Source: Candidatus Paracaedimonas acanthamoebae
GTDB lineage: Bacteria > Pseudomonadota > Alphaproteobacteria > Caedimonadales > Caedimonadaceae
DNA length: 32,000 nucleotides
Direction of reading: 5' to 3'
NCBI GenBank assembly: GCA_000743035.1
Contig: CP008936.1
Span: 420,001-452,000, forward strand
The notes under the pieces are model-generated. The model was not told the DNA's origin and did not search any database. It saw nothing but the letters and a program-made list of their open reading frames with translations. How positions within the stretch are numbered: the first letter of the stretch is position 1; every line of letters begins with the position of its first letter. This document shows positions 1-7,433 of the stretch, one piece after another. The position numbers were made by a program, and so were the translations under genes.

Positions 1-395
1 TCTTCCCCATCAATAAAGAGCAATTCCTTGCTAAGAGGAATAATCTCTAAAGGATTGGCTTTATCGCCTTGTCTACCAAAGATCCGCCCTTCATGGTCTT
101 TCAAGTCTTCAGATAAAGTAAGTGTTGGATCATAATAAAAAGTACGCGGGATTTTCGTGTGCTGAATCTTAACAGGTTCAGGAGTGAGTGCTTTTCTTTT
201 GGCATGATCTGCAAGTTGTTGTTGATAGGTCTCAAGCGTGCCATTCTCTTGCATTTTAAGAAGACGTTTTTTTATAACTTCAAGGAGGCTTTCTTCTTGA
301 ACGGGAAATAGTTCTCCATGACAGCCAAGATCCTTAGCTTGTAGCGAGGAGAGCATAAATAGAGAAAGACTAAAATAGTTTATAAGCTTTGCCAT
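1..395 (-). CDS. traW: TraW, F-type conjugative pilus assembly protein. Only the N-terminal part is present; the 3' end runs off the left edge.
   Basis: Hand translation from ATG 395-393 gives MAKLINYFSLSLFMLSSLQAKDLGCHGELFPVQEESLLEVIKKRLLKMQENGTLETYQQQL...IPRTFYYDPTLTLSEDLKDHEGRIFGRQGDKANPL. It has a signal-peptide-like N-terminus followed by blocks typical of TraW. It overlaps the 3' end of the upstream peptidase gene. It is absent from the ORF track because no stop lies in the window. Confidence 0.75.
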   Translation of the reverse strand, partial: MAKLINYFSLSLFMLSSLQAKDLGCHGELFPVQEESLLEVIKKRLLKMQENGTLETYQQQLADHAKRKALTPEPVKIQHTKIPRTFYYDPTLTLSEDLKDHEGRIFGRQGDKANPLEIIPLSKELLFIDGE

Positions 396-870
396 AGATA
401 TTCTCGCTTGTTAAAAGGCCCACTTCTGCATAACGGGAGTCAAAGCTTCTTTCATGCTCACCTGCCACAAAGTAAGATCCTTGAGGAATGATTACCTGAG
501 GTCCAGGGGTTAATGTTCTTTGATCACAACTTAAGTTAAAAATGGGGCCAATGAGCACTTCATTTACGAAGGCCTTGTCGTTGACATGGATGACAGCATC
601 TCCGACTATTCCTTTTACTTGCTTAATGACAATGCTAGGTACCCAAGGATGTGTGAAGGCCACATAATCTCCTTCTTTAAGCGTGAGCGGTAATCCATAG
701 CTTTTAATGACGAGGAAGTATCTTCCCTCTAATGACTTACTTTCATTGATCGCTAAAGTTGTGCGCTCATGAATACAATTGCCAAGGCCCAGCACGAGGA
801 TAAAGACAAGAATGCCATTCACGATATTTAAGTACTTCAAGGGAAGAAAGCAGACAAACTTTGGGTTCAT
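370..870 (-). CDS. S26-family conjugative signal peptidase (TraF of IncP / TrhF of SXT-R27 type)
   Basis: ORF 370..909. I prefer the start at ATG 870 (MNPKFVCFLPL...), directly after the upstream stop at 867. Motifs seen: INESKSLEGRYFL (like N-x-T-x-S-L-P-x-G-x-Y), IKQVKG (catalytic Lys context) and SFDSRY. The position between traC and traW matches SXT/R27-type operons. Confidence 0.7.
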   Translation of the reverse strand: MNPKFVCFLPLKYLNIVNGILVFILVLGLGNCIHERTTLAINESKSLEGRYFLVIKSYGLPLTLKEGDYVAFTHPWVPSIVIKQVKGIVGDAVIHVNDKAFVNEVLIGPIFNLSCDQRTLTPGPQVIIPQGSYFVAGEHERSFDSRYAEVGLLTSENIYGKAYKLF

Positions 871-1208
871 TGCAGGTTCTCCAGTTTCTTCCTGACAATC
901 TCTGTCCAATCTTCACCTTTAGAAAGTAGAGTCTCTTTAGAGACAATGAGCGCTCCTGTCTCAAGCGAGAGTTGAGTGGTAATGTGCTGAATCTGGTGAT
1001 GAAGCTTTTTCATCCTCAATGAAAGCTCAGCATCTGTTTGGGTGGCATTGCCCTTAAGCTCACTTAAGAGAAGAGATTGGAGATCAACGACAGCAACCTT
1101 TTGTTCTTGAGTATGAGGTATGACCTTGTAAAATAAACCAAGGACTATGAGGTGGGATGCAAGCGTTGTTCCAACCATGGTAATGAGTTTAAATGTTGCT
1201 GTTCTCAT
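867..1208 (-). CDS. Small single-pass membrane protein at the TrbI-like position of F-type operons
   Basis: 113-aa ORF with an N-terminal TM helix (LITMVGTTLASHLIVLGLFY) followed by a coiled-coil-like tail. It overlaps the traC stop by 4 nt (1205-1208). The TrbI assignment rests on position and topology only. Confidence 0.45.
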   Translation of the reverse strand: MRTATFKLITMVGTTLASHLIVLGLFYKVIPHTQEQKVAVVDLQSLLLSELKGNATQTDAELSLRMKKLHHQIQHITTQLSLETGALIVSKETLLSKGEDWTEIVRKKLENLQ

Positions 1209-3706
1209 GCGGCAACTCCTGCAACTTGTTTCACAGCATTAAGCAAACTCATGCCTTGGGATTGATAATGTTTGACGGCGGCATATTCTTCAGCCTTTGT
1301 TGAATAAAGAATTCTCGTAAAAGGATCGGTAATGAGTCTTCCCACAGCTGATCCATGAGGCCCCACAATCATAATTTCTGCATATTTTCCTTGTTGGGTG
1401 GTGACAGAGTTCAATAATTCTTCAGCACCTGGATCTAAAAGGAGTCGTTCGCTCTTCTTAAGTTGTGCGATGGATTCTTTCTTTTGAGAAAGAAGACAAA
1501 GCCAATCCGAGTTTTCAAAGGCGGCTTGGGCAGCGGGAGAGGCATAAAAGTCATGAACAGATTGGGTGCCAAAGACAAGAGCACAAAAGAACTTACGGGA
1601 TTGCCTCACACCCGCTTCAATGTAATGGGCTTCTTCTTTTTGCTCGCCTTTAAGGACATCCCAAATCTCGTCCATTTTAATGAGCGTGGGGGTTTTACGA
1701 TCTCCCCCCAGCATCTGATTGAGAATCTGCATAAACACCGTTTTAAAGACGACACTTTGAAGCTCTTTGCGCTCTTTAAGTTCGCCAAGTTCAATCACAA
1801 CAAGATTGTGCTTAAAGTTCACATTGCACGCACCATTAAAGAACCGCCCATAGGCGCCTTGAGAGGTGTAAGGAAAGAGCATGGTGCTTAAGTCTTTAGC
1901 GCGCTCATCAGTTTGGCTTTGAAGCCACTCGGCAATGTCATCAATGGAGGCCTGACTTCCTTTTTTCTCCCAAGCTGCAAAAACTGCCTTGTCAATAAAG
2001 GCATTTTCAATATCGGTGGTACCCCTTTTGGGAGCAACCATCACAGCGACAATGGGCCTTAACATCGCTAAAGCATCTGAGGTCTCTTCAGGGCTTTGGG
2101 TGGGGATCGTTGAAAAGGGATTAATGCAGAGAGGCGTGTCTGTTGTGAATTCAATAAACTGGCCGCCCAGCAAGTGACATGTTTTTTCAAAGGACCTTCC
2201 AACATCAAGAACAAAAACGCGTCCTCCTAATCCTAAGGTGGAGGTGAGCATTTCCTGCATGAAGAAAGATTTACCGCTTCCAGATCTGCCGACCACGCAG
2301 ACATTATAATTGCCGCTCATATTATCAAAAGGAGACCAGGTGAAGAATTGACCTCTGCGCCCACTCAAAAGAACACCAGGGGATCTTGTGCCACACCATT
2401 CTCCTTGAAGAGGAACCAAATTAGCTGATTCTGTTGAAAGAGTTGTTTTTGTTCTTCCGTGATAATTCAAGTCCTCATGGATGCCTTCGCCCCAATTCAT
2501 GGGTAAACACCCTAAAAGGGATTGGAGATGAATGATTTTATTCGCACGCAGTTTCCATTTCTTGGTTTTGTACACCGTATGAAGGGCTTGATCTGCTTTT
2601 TCTATCAAGTGTTGGGGGCAAAAGAGAGTAATTGTAAGATTCGTTCTTACAAGCCTCTCGCCTTCAGCCAGCCTTTCTCGCATATAAGAAAATTCCATGG
2701 CTTCTTCTTGAAGCCTTGGAATGAGCTTTATAAGGGAGGGTGTTGCTTGCCTTTCTGAATAGGCAGCTCTCGCTTTAAGACGAGTTGAGGTGCTGTCTTG
2801 AGGTGGTATATATACCCCATAGTGGATCATAAAGGGGCAAGGAAGTCGCAAGTATTCTCTAAATTGATCGCCTATCAACTCTCCCATAGCGTGAAGCGAC
2901 CATTCATCAGGCTCACTCTCAACCGCATAGGTACGGACATAAGATTCATCTTGATTAACGACTATGTGCTTGGGTTCAATTAAGAAGTGCTGACCTGGAA
3001 TGAGGATTTGTTTTGAGAGCGAGTCGAACTGATTCCACTTACGCGTGTCTTGGCAAGTTTCTTGAGGAGAGACAAACCATCCTGAGAGTGTTTGTAAGAG
3101 GGCATTGGCATCCCATAGTTTAAGGGGAAGACCTAAGTTTTGAAGGGATGCAGAGAGCTGTTCTCTTAAAGACAATGTTTCCTGCTTTAAGAGGGGGTTT
3201 AATAAACTCCCACGTTTCGAGTAAGCCATGATGAATCTATAATTGCGAAAGCAAGTGGAGCCTGATCCCTCAAAGATTAAGTTCCTTAAGTGGTTTGTTC
3301 TTTGCTCGGCAAGGTATTCTGTAATATCGCCTTTGCCTGTTCGTGCATGTAGCCAGTGATCCAAAAAGCCATCAATACGAGAGTCAGCGTACAAAATACA
3401 TTGAAGGCAGGATTCTTCTGGCAAGAGGTCTCGAAAGATGCCACTGACCATCGTTTGCATTTGCTCAGAACACCCCACCAATGGAGGTGTTTCGAGAACA
3501 AAACCAATGGAATTATGATTACTAAAAAGACCAACTCCAGGATCATAGCTTTCATAGGGCATGAAATCTGAAAGGCTGTAGGTCTTTAGGACCTCATTGA
3601 GTGCATCCAAAGAAGGAGAGGTTGGGTTTACGCCATAGTTAACTCTCTCCCCAAAGAAGGTAGCAATCTTGTGTCCTAAAATCTGGGGAAGGTTTTGCAA
3701 CATCAT
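1205..3706 (-). CDS. traC: TraC, F-type VirB4-family conjugation ATPase
   Basis: 833 aa. Walker A is VVGRSGSGKSFFMQE. Size and position after traV fit. The ATGA overlap with the traV stop indicates translational coupling. Confidence 0.9.
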   Translation of the reverse strand: MMLQNLPQILGHKIATFFGERVNYGVNPTSPSLDALNEVLKTYSLSDFMPYESYDPGVGLFSNHNSIGFVLETPPLVGCSEQMQTMVSGIFRDLLPEESCLQCILYADSRIDGFLDHWLHARTGKGDITEYLAEQRTNHLRNLIFEGSGSTCFRNYRFIMAYSKRGSLLNPLLKQETLSLREQLSASLQNLGLPLKLWDANALLQTLSGWFVSPQETCQDTRKWNQFDSLSKQILIPGQHFLIEPKHIVVNQDESYVRTYAVESEPDEWSLHAMGELIGDQFREYLRLPCPFMIHYGVYIPPQDSTSTRLKARAAYSERQATPSLIKLIPRLQEEAMEFSYMRERLAEGERLVRTNLTITLFCPQHLIEKADQALHTVYKTKKWKLRANKIIHLQSLLGCLPMNWGEGIHEDLNYHGRTKTTLSTESANLVPLQGEWCGTRSPGVLLSGRRGQFFTWSPFDNMSGNYNVCVVGRSGSGKSFFMQEMLTSTLGLGGRVFVLDVGRSFEKTCHLLGGQFIEFTTDTPLCINPFSTIPTQSPEETSDALAMLRPIVAVMVAPKRGTTDIENAFIDKAVFAAWEKKGSQASIDDIAEWLQSQTDERAKDLSTMLFPYTSQGAYGRFFNGACNVNFKHNLVVIELGELKERKELQSVVFKTVFMQILNQMLGGDRKTPTLIKMDEIWDVLKGEQKEEAHYIEAGVRQSRKFFCALVFGTQSVHDFYASPAAQAAFENSDWLCLLSQKKESIAQLKKSERLLLDPGAEELLNSVTTQQGKYAEIMIVGPHGSAVGRLITDPFTRILYSTKAEEYAAVKHYQSQGMSLLNAVKQVAGVAA

Positions 3707-4002
3707 TCAGTTCCTTCAGGACTAGGATTAAGGGGCACAAATAGACTTTGAGAACCATGCATGATGCCATCATTATCTGAGTACGGGGCTATCCAGACAT
3801 GCACACCTTTGGGTTGATGGGAAGAATGCGTTGGTTTGTTCTCTGCTTCTTCTCCTCCTAATTTTCCTTCATCGATCATTTTATCGACCTCAGAAATCGA
3901 GCGGCATCCCACCCCAGGGACGGCTTCACAGTCAAATCCTTCCTTGTAAGAAGTACACGCTGTAAGAAGTAAAAGTGATGTCATTAAAATTATATGTTTC
4001 AT
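3703..4002 (-). CDS. traV: TraV, outer-membrane lipoprotein of the F-type T4SS core
   Basis: 99 aa. Lipobox is LLLLTAC. Paired Cys residues occur in CEAVPGVGC. The C-terminal block VHVWIAPYSDNDGIMHGSQSLFV matches the conserved TraV motif (WIAPY.D..G). Confidence 0.8.
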   Translation of the reverse strand: MKHIILMTSLLLLTACTSYKEGFDCEAVPGVGCRSISEVDKMIDEGKLGGEEAENKPTHSSHQPKGVHVWIAPYSDNDGIMHGSQSLFVPLNPSPEGTE

Positions 4003-5273
4003 TGATTTTCTCCGATTTTAGGGAGCCAGCGGTGGATGCTCTCACTATTCTGGCTTTGGGTTTCTTTAAGAGCCTCAAATTGTATTTTGTCTCTTGATTG
4101 AGAAAGGGCCTGATCTCTGGCTTCCACAATAACTTGTTTGACGGTGGTATCGCCAAATTTAGTGCCTTCGGTGAAGACCATGTTAACTTTGCGTCCTGCT
4201 TGGACCACGAGTACTGGTTGGAGTTGTTCAGCGCGCTTGATGTAATAATCAGCGTACTTCTCTAAAGCGTTACCAATGCCGCTATAAGCGCCAGACTTAA
4301 GAAGCTGATCATCTGTGAGAGCGTTCTTCTGACCAAAGGGTGTGGTTGGAAAAACGCTACTCTGGTTGCTGGCTTGTAAGAAATTGCTGATGCCACTTGC
4401 AAAGCCGCCTAAGAGGCTGTTCCGCATGAGATCTGTTGTTTTATCAACCACAACGCCTCTGACACCAGCACGCCCATCCTCGCCTGCAATATAGCCTGCA
4501 ACTTGCGTTTCTGAGATCTCGCCTGTGAGTGGTTCAGTGCATGTGAGCTTCTCCAATCGCATGTAAACGCGCTCAGAGGAGAGATCCCCATGAGCAGAGG
4601 CTAAAACATGGCAGTTCTTGAGGTCACTCTTGAACTTCCGTGGTAAAGTTCCTGGATCAACGACACGTAACAACACGGGCCTTGGATCATTAGCAGCACT
4701 CACAGAAGTGGAAGCATCAACCCCACCCAAAAGAATGGCTGAGGCATAAGTTCCAGCAGGAATGGTATCTTCAACCTTCTTTCTGTTTTGGTAGGTTTCA
4801 TAGCGAACATTCTTCTTGAGATTTAAGACGATTTTCTTAGAGGCTTGTCCATCAAGGTTTGCGTAATGAGATTGGTTTGTTACCTCAAGGGATTCTTGAT
4901 TCTTTTGCTCAATCTGTTGTTGAAGGGTGTTAATCTGCTCTTGCAGCTGCTGAAGGGCATTTGTCTCTGGAGAGGTAGTGCGCTTTGCATTCTCTGCAAT
5001 TGTTTGATTGAGCATGCCTTCAAGCGATGAAAGCTTGTCATTGAGTTTCTTGGACTCTTCTTCCATGCGCCCAGCCCAAATCTCACGGGGATCAAGATGG
5101 GAGGTTGAGCCTGCAATTTTGGACTCTTGCGTCTTCGAGTGATGGTGTGGCTCTTTAGAGCTCGTCACGATATCAAAGAGAAAAAGAAGGGCCAAGGCCA
5201 AAAGACTTCCAACACCGCATAATATCAGGAATTGCTTCTTTTTAAGGGCTTGAGGGGTTTGATGTTCACTCAT
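3999..5273 (-). CDS. traB: TraB, VirB10-like F-type T4SS core protein
   Basis: 424 aa with an N-terminal TM segment (FLILCGVGSLLALALLFLF), a coiled-coil (LQQLQEQINTLQQQIEQ) and a C-terminal beta-rich domain. Synteny is K-B-V. It has 4-nt overlaps on both sides. Confidence 0.85.
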   Translation of the reverse strand: MSEHQTPQALKKKQFLILCGVGSLLALALLFLFDIVTSSKEPHHHSKTQESKIAGSTSHLDPREIWAGRMEEESKKLNDKLSSLEGMLNQTIAENAKRTTSPETNALQQLQEQINTLQQQIEQKNQESLEVTNQSHYANLDGQASKKIVLNLKKNVRYETYQNRKKVEDTIPAGTYASAILLGGVDASTSVSAANDPRPVLLRVVDPGTLPRKFKSDLKNCHVLASAHGDLSSERVYMRLEKLTCTEPLTGEISETQVAGYIAGEDGRAGVRGVVVDKTTDLMRNSLLGGFASGISNFLQASNQSSVFPTTPFGQKNALTDDQLLKSGAYSGIGNALEKYADYYIKRAEQLQPVLVVQAGRKVNMVFTEGTKFGDTTVKQVIVEARDQALSQSRDKIQFEALKETQSQNSESIHRWLPKIGENQ

Positions 5274-5968
5274 AATCCACTCCTTGCTAAAATAAGAAGC
5301 ACTTCAGTTTGTGCTAAAGGTTTGAGCACTCTTCTTGAGAAGACAATCGCTAAAGGTTTAAATTTTGCAAACTGATGGGGGCTTAGAAGAAGAGTTGTTT
5401 CTCCCTCATTTTTGACGTGACAAACCTTTCCTATAAACTGAGGAGAGTGGATCTCTTTGATGCCGTGAAGAATAAGGTCAGGTGCAATCTTCTCAGGAGA
5501 ACCTTTTTTAATTGCCACGACCTTATATGGCTCTTTAAAGGTTTGAGTGGTATAGGCTCTTATCAACTCAAGAAGTAAACCTTGGTAGGATTCTGAAGGA
5601 GTAATTCTTTCTTGAAATTCTTGTGTTTTTGCCCTTAACAAGATTGCTTCAGCGGGTTTACGGGTGGGCTTGATTCTTAAATCATGCGTTAAGCCTTTCT
5701 CTGTGGTGAGAGTGATAAGGAGATAGTAGCTTTCAGTCCCTGGCGCAGGTGTGATAAACACTTGACCGTTCATCTCGTCCAACTCGAATGAAAGACGTCC
5801 ATCAATACCAAAGAGCTGGGCTATTCGGTCATTCTCAACGGAGATACGTGTGTGTTCTGTGCTTGAAACAAGAACCTCGCTTGATCCATGATCTTTGATA
5901 GGCAGGATTTGAACTGCATTGGCTAAAGTAGCAAGGAAAGATGAAGCTATAAGAGCAGTTTTACGCAT
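5270..5968 (-). CDS. traK: TraK, VirB9-like secretin-like F-type T4SS protein
   Basis: ORF 5270..6058. I prefer ATG 5968 (MRKTALIASSFLATLANAVQILP, a signal peptide), which overlaps the traE stop as ATGCGTAA. Synteny is E-K-B. Confidence 0.75.
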   Translation of the reverse strand: MRKTALIASSFLATLANAVQILPIKDHGSSEVLVSSTEHTRISVENDRIAQLFGIDGRLSFELDEMNGQVFITPAPGTESYYLLITLTTEKGLTHDLRIKPTRKPAEAILLRAKTQEFQERITPSESYQGLLLELIRAYTTQTFKEPYKVVAIKKGSPEKIAPDLILHGIKEIHSPQFIGKVCHVKNEGETTLLLSPHQFAKFKPLAIVFSRRVLKPLAQTEVLLILARSGL

Positions 5969-6530
5969 GGCCTTGTTCCTTTCCTGTAACTTGCCTAAAG
6001 GAAGTGATAAGCAAACGCCCATGATCGTAAGAAAAGGTGAAACGATAAGTCTCCTCACGCTGAAAGATGCACTTTTGGCTTACATAACCAATCATTTCAC
6101 CAAAGAGATCCACTTGCAGACCTTTTTCCTGAACAGTCACCTTCTTAGGATAAAAGGAGGTACTAAGGCCGCTTTTTTGGTATCTCTCTTCTTCTTCTCT
6201 GAGTTGATGCTTAAGCTTGCCAATGCTGCTTGCGTCGACATACCGCAAGAGAAGTTCATGAAGGTAAGGCGCACTTTGTGGTGTCTTGTTTAAAAGGATA
6301 CTTCCAAAGAACAAGGCCATTTCTTCAAGGTACTGAGGAGAGACTTGGCTTCTCTCGACCCACACAGGCCCTGTGAGATGAGGGGGCACAAGCACAACGC
6401 GTTCACTCTGCGTGCAAAGGGCAAAGGTTAGGAGTATATTTGATCCTAGAAGACCTGAGACTATAAAGGTCAGGTAGTTTCTATGCCTTAAGAGATCATG
6501 CAGTCTTAAATGCTGAAGTTTTTCTTTCAT
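5961..6530 (-). CDS. traE: TraE, F-type pilus assembly inner-membrane protein
   Basis: ORF 5961..6539 starts at GTG. The ATG at 6530 gives an ATGA overlap with the traL stop. The N-terminus MKEKLQHLRLHDLLRHRNYLTFIVSGLLGSNILL is typical of TraE. Confidence 0.8.
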   Translation of the reverse strand: MKEKLQHLRLHDLLRHRNYLTFIVSGLLGSNILLTFALCTQSERVVLVPPHLTGPVWVERSQVSPQYLEEMALFFGSILLNKTPQSAPYLHELLLRYVDASSIGKLKHQLREEEERYQKSGLSTSFYPKKVTVQEKGLQVDLFGEMIGYVSQKCIFQREETYRFTFSYDHGRLLITSFRQVTGKEQGHA

Positions 6531-6820
6531 GATACCCACTCCCTGATATGAGAAGGGGGTGTTAAAGGAAGCTTAGCTTTGTTATGAGGAAGATACCAGT
6601 ACATCAAATGTTTGAGTGCCCCTTGGCCTGCCATCTTGCGGAGTTTCCGCAATGCCCAGCAGAATGTGAGACCAACTAAAAGTCCTGAGCCTTGATGGGA
6701 AGTGCCAAGCCCCACAAGAAGAGGAATTAAAAGGGCTGCGGCTTCATCCTTCGTGAAGATAAGCCATCTGGCAGGGGAATCGAGATGATGAAGGAGCAAA
6801 TGTTTTCCGCGTTCACGCAT
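6527..6820 (-). CDS. traL: TraL, F-type pilus assembly protein
   Basis: 97 aa. The pattern HLDSPARWLIFTKDEAAALLIPLLVGL followed by a second TM segment matches the TraL family. It is the first gene after the pilin gene. Confidence 0.8.
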   Translation of the reverse strand: MRERGKHLLLHHLDSPARWLIFTKDEAAALLIPLLVGLGTSHQGSGLLVGLTFCWALRKLRKMAGQGALKHLMYWYLPHNKAKLPLTPPSHIREWVS

Positions 6821-6830
6821 AGCACGCTCC

Positions 6831-7175
6831 CTAAATCAAAAAAGTGTAACTGGCTTTAACCCAATCCACGAAGGCATGAGCTGTCACAGCAAGTCCTAAG
6901 AAAAGCCCTGCAACAGGCCAGTTACCCTTAACCCCTGCAATCACAATGCCGCCAAGCCCCCCTGCAATGGTGGCAAGTCTGAACCCGCCGCCTGTAAGGG
7001 TTTTTTCGATCTTTTCAAAAACATTCTTCAGCACCATGTCATTGTCAGCGGCATGCAAGGAACGTGACAAAAGTAAAGTTGAATACCCAAGAAGAAACAC
7101 ATGCTTCTTGAAAGATTTTGGGATATTTAAAAGGTCCCTTTTTTGTTTAAAATAGGGTATAAGTGTTTTGTGCAT
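6831..7175 (-). CDS. traA: TraA-like propilin
   Basis: 114 aa. A long basic leader ends in an AxA-like site (SRSLHA/ADNDM), giving a 42-aa leader and a 72-aa mature peptide with two Gly/Ala-rich hydrophobic segments. This is the same layout as F propilin. A GGAG RBS lies upstream and the gene is first in the tra operon. Confidence 0.65.
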   Translation of the reverse strand: MHKTLIPYFKQKRDLLNIPKSFKKHVFLLGYSTLLLSRSLHAADNDMVLKNVFEKIEKTLTGGGFRLATIAGGLGGIVIAGVKGNWPVAGLFLGLAVTAHAFVDWVKASYTFLI

Positions 7176-7203
7176 CTATTCACTCCATGTGTTGTTGGTG
7201 TAC

Positions 7204-7247
7204 CAGAGACCTGCGCGTGAGAGGTCGAAGTCTTTGCGCGGTCTCTG
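7204..7247 (-). promoter_or_regulatory. GC-rich intercistronic stem-loop just upstream of the pilin gene
   Basis: CAGAGACC(T)GCGC at 7204-7216 pairs with GCGCGGTCTCTG at 7236-7247. This is 12 bp with one bulge and a 19-nt loop. No U-tract follows on the transcribed (minus) strand. Confidence 0.45.
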
Positions 7248-7248
7248 T

Positions 7249-7410
7249 TTAATCTATTGTTCCTTCTTTCTCTAAACGTTTAAGTTGGGCTTTCATAAAG
7301 CGGATCATCTTCCTAAGGTTCCGCATTTGAAACTGCCTTTGCCCATCTGTAAGGGGCATATCCTGCTCAAGGTTTGTGCAGTGATTTGATTTAACGAGGG
7401 TTAGTTTCAT
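7249..7410 (-). CDS. Small hypothetical protein (53 aa), helical and basic
   Basis: Hand translation gives MKLTLVKSNHCTNLEQDMPLTDGQRQFQMRNLRKMIRFMKAQLKRLEKEGTID. An AAGGA RBS lies about 8 nt upstream. It is below the ORF-track size cut-off and sits between the Rep-like gene and the pilin gene. Confidence 0.4.
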   Translation of the reverse strand: MKLTLVKSNHCTNLEQDMPLTDGQRQFQMRNLRKMIRFMKAQLKRLEKEGTID

Positions 7411-7433
7411 ATCTTTTCCTTTCGTGGTTAGTT

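Noticed and set aside
767-964. 65-aa minus-strand ORF overlapping the S26 peptidase and TrbI-like genes
   Set aside because: It is an alternative frame of two better-supported genes and has no recognisable features.
1463-3571. Plus-strand ORFs inside traC (1463..1891, 1465..1653, 1989..2177, 2522..2758, 2798..2983, 3356..3571) and nested minus-strand ORFs (1606..1794, 3286..3555)
   Set aside because: They lie entirely within or antisense to the well-supported 833-aa TraC ORF. They have no motifs and low-complexity or odd composition, so I treat them as frame shadows.
3932-7155. Small overlapping ORFs in the traV-traA region (3932..4156, 4409..4591, 4845..5030, 4880..5116, 5919..6293, 6946..7155)
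   Set aside because: All are nested in or antisense to TraB/TraK/TraE/pilin genes that form a coherent, translationally coupled operon.
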